Assembly: GCF_001194135.2 (NCBI RefSeq)
Contig: NC_068983.1
Span: 145,919,975-145,958,141 of the forward strand
Reading direction: 5' to 3'
DNA: 38,167 bases
DNA from: Octopus bimaculoides
Lineage: Eukaryota
Shown: positions 35,707 through 38,167 of the stretch, piece by piece
Layout of the letters: each line of letters opens with the position of its first letter
How positions within the stretch are numbered: position 1 is the stretch's first letter
Notes under the pieces: generated by a model
Told to the model about the DNA's origin: nothing
Databases searched by the model: none
Seen by the model: only the letters and a program-made list of their open reading frames with translations
Translations under genes and position numbers: made by a program

Positions 35707-35758
<52 letters not shown>
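35689..35758. repeat. (AAT)n microsatellite
   Basis: Read directly from the sequence. Confidence 0.97.
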
Positions 35759-35764
35759 GACAAT

Positions 35765-36321
35765 AAGAAGATCTTGATGCGATTGTAATAGATTGTTTAT
35801 TAGTTTGAACGATATTTCGACGGCTCGTCTGTATTTTTCGAGTTCAAAATGTAAAATGAGAACAACTTCAGAAACACAGAAATTCAAAAATATAGAGGAG
35901 GAAATCCTGCGTTCCTATTTTGATAGTAGGACATCATCACTTTTGTAACTGGTAAAAGGAAAAAGAAAAAAAAGAGAAAGAGGAATATTTAATCGAACAG
36001 TTTTGTGTAAATGTAGTGAAATTCACCTGTCATTTTATTCATTTCTCCAAGGCATGATGTTAATAATTCACAAATATATTTCTCTTCATTCATTTTGAGG
36101 ACTGAAAGTGTAGTAAATTCAGAATATTTTTTGAGAATGTGCACTTGCAAGCGGTCCTCAAAATTGCAGCCACTTGGGGTAAAATATTCAAGTTCTGTCG
36201 AACTACTGCTATTGTGACTGACATCATACCTGTGCCCATTGGATCTTTTGTTTAATTGTTCTGTTGTACAACCAACATAAATCAAATTGTGTTTGGTGCA
36301 TTCTGCTGCGTTCACCAAATT
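35765..36321 (-). mobile_element. Penelope-like element 3' end: GIY-YIG endonuclease domain plus 3' UTR
   Basis: NLVNAAECTKHNLIYVGCTTEQLNKRSNGHRYD...VHIL...EEKYICEL...EMN matches the PLE GIY-YIG pattern (Y..C..C/H...YVG.T...L..R...H; E; N). Stop at 35989-35991. Confidence 0.85.
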
Positions 36322-36797
36322 ATAATCTATGCATTCGGAACTGAGATTTTTGCGTTTGTGATTAAGAGTTAGTTTTCGCATCTATATGAACCTCGGCAGT
36401 ACCCTTTTCGTTCAGTGGGGAAAATATCGTTCTGTTCCATAAATTTTAATGTTTTATCCACGAGGATGGATATTAAAATTTTATACGTGGTAGATAGAAT
36501 GTTATGGGTCGATAGCTTGGGGAAAATTTGGTTTCATTATTCTTCGGAAGTAGGTAAGTAATACCGCTTGCTAACAAATCAGGTATTTTCATAGGATCTC
36601 TCATAATTTCATTGAATAACTGGATTAACTTCTCGTATGCGCACAGGAGCGATGCGAGCCAGAAATTTGGCACCTTATCATTACCCGGGGATTTTCACTT
36701 ATGAGTCTTCGCGAGTGTCATCCTTAGGTCTGCTATTGTGATGTCTTCCCATGCTTCCCATCCTTCTGGGCGTCTAATCCAGTCTGCATTTTCATTG

Positions 36798-36801
<4 letters not shown>
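36322..36801 (-). mobile_element. R4/Dong-type LINE RT N-terminal fragment
   Basis: YNENADWI...KSPGNDKVPNFWL...SGITYLLPK...YRPIT...EQNDIFPTERKG..RGSY...KNLSSECIDY. Confidence 0.88.

Positions 36802-36870
<69 letters not shown>
36802..36870. repeat. (ATT)n microsatellite
   Basis: Read directly from the sequence. Confidence 0.97.
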
Positions 36871-36871
<1 letters not shown>

Positions 36872-37689
36872 AGACTGACACTTCACTAGTATTCATGCAA
36901 ACATAACAAGAAATGTAGAAATGCACAGAGTTACAGATAGCTATTTATCTAACCAAAAAACGTTGGCACAAACACCGAGACAAAGAGGCAAAGTACACGA
37001 TGGACGTATGAAATTAATTTAAACGGTGTCCGACACCACTTAGAGGATGTTATGACTACTTCACTTTTAGAAAAGCTATCAATGAAAAGATACAAGAAAT
37101 AAATAATCACTTACAATTTGTATTACACAAAGACTTGCTAACCAAAACAACAAATATTGAACCACGCAGAGAACGCCAACACACAGTAGAAAAGTGTTCT
37201 ATGTATGACATTGTTTTATATATAATATATGATATATATATATATATATATACATGCAGGTATATATATACACACGTATGTATATACACACGTGTGTGTG
37301 GTCTGTGATGCTCCAAATTGAAGAAGCATCTCTACAAGACCATACCACCGAGCATCGTATTCCAGCACCATCAACAGTGTGATGGGGATTTCACCACCTG
37401 ACTGGGGGGGGGGGCAGTCAATCCCAATCACGGAAGCATATTTCATTAGGAAGAAAGCACCCAGACGTAACCACCGTAATGAGCTCGATGGCTGGAATTA
37501 CTTCTACTGCTTCCAGAGCCTTTAACCAGCACCAGCAATAACCACAATAAAAAGCAAATGGAAAGAACATTTGATGAGGGATCTTTGATCCGAAAGAGCT
37601 CACGTGATTAATCCTAACCTAACAACTAGCAACAAGGCTATCGACAGATTACAGGCCACATGTATGTTCAATTTTTCTATCTACCTATC

Positions 37690-37759
37690 AACCTTTCTAT
37701 CTATCTATCTATATATCTATCTACCCCTCGATCTACCTACGTACCTACCAACTTTCTAA

Positions 37760-37833
<74 letters not shown>
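37690..37833. repeat. (TCTA)n/(TCTG)n microsatellite
   Basis: Read directly from the sequence. Confidence 0.93.
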
Positions 37834-37837
37834 AAAC

Positions 37838-38167
37838 GCGTCTTTCCCGTCGAGACAGGTTTTCAGAAACCGGATTAGCATGTTAGTAAAGAGGGCTTTG
37901 ACGGGAGCCATCATCAATAACAAATGGTGGTTTGCCCTCAAGAGAGCAATAAAAGCAGAAGCGGTTAGGTATAGCAAAGCACTAGCCATATACAGAAACA
38001 GAGTAGAGGGTGAGCTAGTTAAGAAGCTAGAAGAGGCAATTAGAAGTGGCATCGCATCCGACGTTTTGGCAGCGAGGTTGGCCCTAGACCAACACTTCAA
38101 CGCCAAACACGAAGGGTGCGTTGTCAGGGCTAGGATGCGTGCTCTAAGAAACGAAGGTGTTGGAGCC
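37838..38167 (+). mobile_element. L1-clade (Tx1-like) ORF2 fragment, endonuclease-to-RT linker; open to the window edge
   Basis: 110 uninterrupted codons: ...NKWWFALKRAIKAEAVRYSK...LEEAIRS...EGCVVRARMRALRNEG. This fits the W..K..IK...YSK / G..VRAR linker pattern. Confidence 0.75.

Overview
AT-rich, microsatellite-dense eukaryotic DNA with seven N-gaps and no confidently identifiable host gene. The repeat content points to an octopus/cephalopod genome; this is inferred from my recognition of the SINE sequences, not from a database search. The window is a nested collection of old transposons. DNA transposons: a full-length but dead mariner with TIRs and TA TSD (15842-17119), a rearranged second mariner (11485-12065) and a hAT-Charlie-type MITE (27057-27588). 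LINE fragments: RTE, CR1-like, L1/Tx1-like and several R4/Dong-type pieces sitting in trinucleotide repeats. Also present: a Penelope GIY-YIG end, a solo LTR inserted in a SINE, many tRNA-derived SINEs and a tRNA-Gln(CTG) pseudogene. Most ORFs in the track are microsatellite or N-gap artefacts. The most interesting signals are: two related ~125 bp palindromes whose arms co-vary within each copy; variant hammerhead-like motifs at Penelope-type ends; an in-frame R4-RT/Penelope-endonuclease chimera; and unique-sequence minus-strand ORFs at ~19.8 kb and ~33.3 kb that share a short motif. I cannot support a complete novel system from the sequence alone.
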